This document shows positions 62,763 to 64,000 of a stretch of DNA of 64,000 nt, in pieces. Below the pieces are notes generated by a model, which was not told where the DNA came from, made no database searches, and saw only the letters and a list, made by a program, of their open reading frames with translations. Both the position numbers and the translations under genes were made by a program. This stretch comes from Girardia tigrina. Lineage: Eukaryota. How positions within the stretch are numbered: the stretch's first letter is position 1; each line of letters starts with the position of its first letter. The stretch lies in assembly GCA_001938485.1 (NCBI GenBank), contig MQRK01217482.1, positions 3,811-67,810 on the forward strand, written 5' to 3'.

Positions 62763-64000
62763 TTAATAGATTCACGACCGCAACAAATCCAAAAATTGCG
62801 CTCAATAAGAGAATATTTTATAGAGGATTTCAAAGCTGTTATTAAGGTTTTAGACCAATTGCTATTTCTGTTCAAAGATAAGAAGGACGGAGAGCTCAAT
62901 CGGGGAACATTTTATCACTTGATTATTAGCAAGATTTCCCGACAGATGTTTAGAAACTGGGAACGAGAAATTGACTACGCCCAGAAGAAGACTAATGGAA
63001 CAACTATAGAAATTATAACAGAATGGTTGAAAAAGGAATTGTCGTATTGGAAGAAGACGTAAGAAGTTTTAAAGGAGTCGAATTTTGAAACTAGGAAAAA
63101 GAATTCATTTTTCAATGATACAGATAAGATTATATCAGAAAAATAGACAGACAATGGTTCAAGGAATAAAAATATAGTCTGCAGATATTGCCAAGAAGAT
63201 CATTATTTGAATCAATGTGAACCATTAAAAAAACTTACAGTAGATCGGCGTCAGGATGTGGCTTTGGAAAAGAGATTGTTTTAATTGTTTGCAGCCTGGT
63301 CACAGCGTTAAGATATGTAGAAAGCCAAAATTTTGTCTAGCAAATGATTGTTCTGGTAAGCATCACCGATTGCTTCATATAGTTTGAAAGGAAACAAAAT
63401 CATATGATGCATCGAAAACCGAGAGGACGAGAGAAATGGAGAATACTAATGTGACAACAAATGTACAACCAAACACCGCTAATGACATTCATGATCAACG
63501 AAGTTATGCCACGTTGAGAACGGTACCGGTACTGGTGTCAGCGAATGACAAAGAGATAATGGTCAACGCGCTTCTGGACGATGCAAGCAGTATTAGTTAT
63601 GTTAGCCATAGAGTAGCTAGAGAATTGAAGTTAGGTGGAAGGAATAAAAGAATTGAAGTGAATGTGATTGATGAAAACGCGGAAAAATGGATTTACGAAT
63701 AAGTCAAATAAAATTATTGAGTATAGACCAGAAAGTTCAAATATATTTTCAAGTGTTAGTGATAAAAAAATATCGGATGGAATTCGAGCTTGTGACTGGA
63801 ACAGAATTCAAAGTAGATAGAAACATTTAAAAGATATTCAATTTCATGAAGTTGGACGCAATGTTGGAGTGGATGTTTTAATCGGAACAGACTTTATTCG
63901 ATTGCACCAAGCAATTCTGGAAGGGCGGGGTGACGGAGATGTTCCTATTGCCCATTTAATGCCATTAGGTTGGACCTGTATGGGAATTGTAAAAGAGCAG
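62763..64000 (+). mobile_element. BEL/Pao LTR retrotransposon gag-protease remnant
   Basis: Triple Cys-His array CRYCQEDHYLNQC...(C)FNCLQPGHSVKIC...C...CSGKHHRLLH; protease ALLDDASSISYV; DVLIGTD...PLGWTCMG. Confidence 0.88.

Noticed and set aside
1-64000. CRISPR arrays, tRNA/rRNA genes, prokaryotic operons or defence systems
   Set aside because: None seen; the sequence is eukaryotic, and the many short track ORFs with TTG/GTG starts are mostly antisense shadows or low-complexity AT-rich frames.

Overview
This is very AT-rich eukaryotic (animal) DNA from a gapped scaffold. The composition, the 52-nt intron and the transposon mix would fit a planarian-like invertebrate, but that is inference. 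Nearly the whole window is a graveyard of nested, decayed transposons. It holds a Polinton/Maverick-type protein-primed DNA polymerase B pseudogene, two full-length DD34D mariners and a mariner MITE, and a full-length Tigger/pogo element. It also has hAT, MULE, Tc1 and piggyBac-like remnants, at least four Ty3/Gypsy remnants, a BEL/Pao element, and Penelope-like and LINE RT fragments. About 12 copies of one Gypsy LTR family are present, several as solo LTRs with 5-bp target-site duplications (TSDs). I can support only one intact host gene: a two-exon, 379-aa single-pass type I membrane protein (minus strand, 40239-41430). The most notable signal is a 341-bp non-coding insertion in a Gypsy integrase (48119-48459), flanked by an 11-bp TSD. 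Its 5' end (minus strand) folds by hand into a full HDV-like self-cleaving ribozyme topology (P1, P1.1, P2, P3, P4, L3 UUCACGC, catalytic C in J4/2), although the first two P1 pairs are missing. It is a candidate ribozyme-capped, non-autonomous short retroelement. All family calls come from motif recognition; no searches were run.
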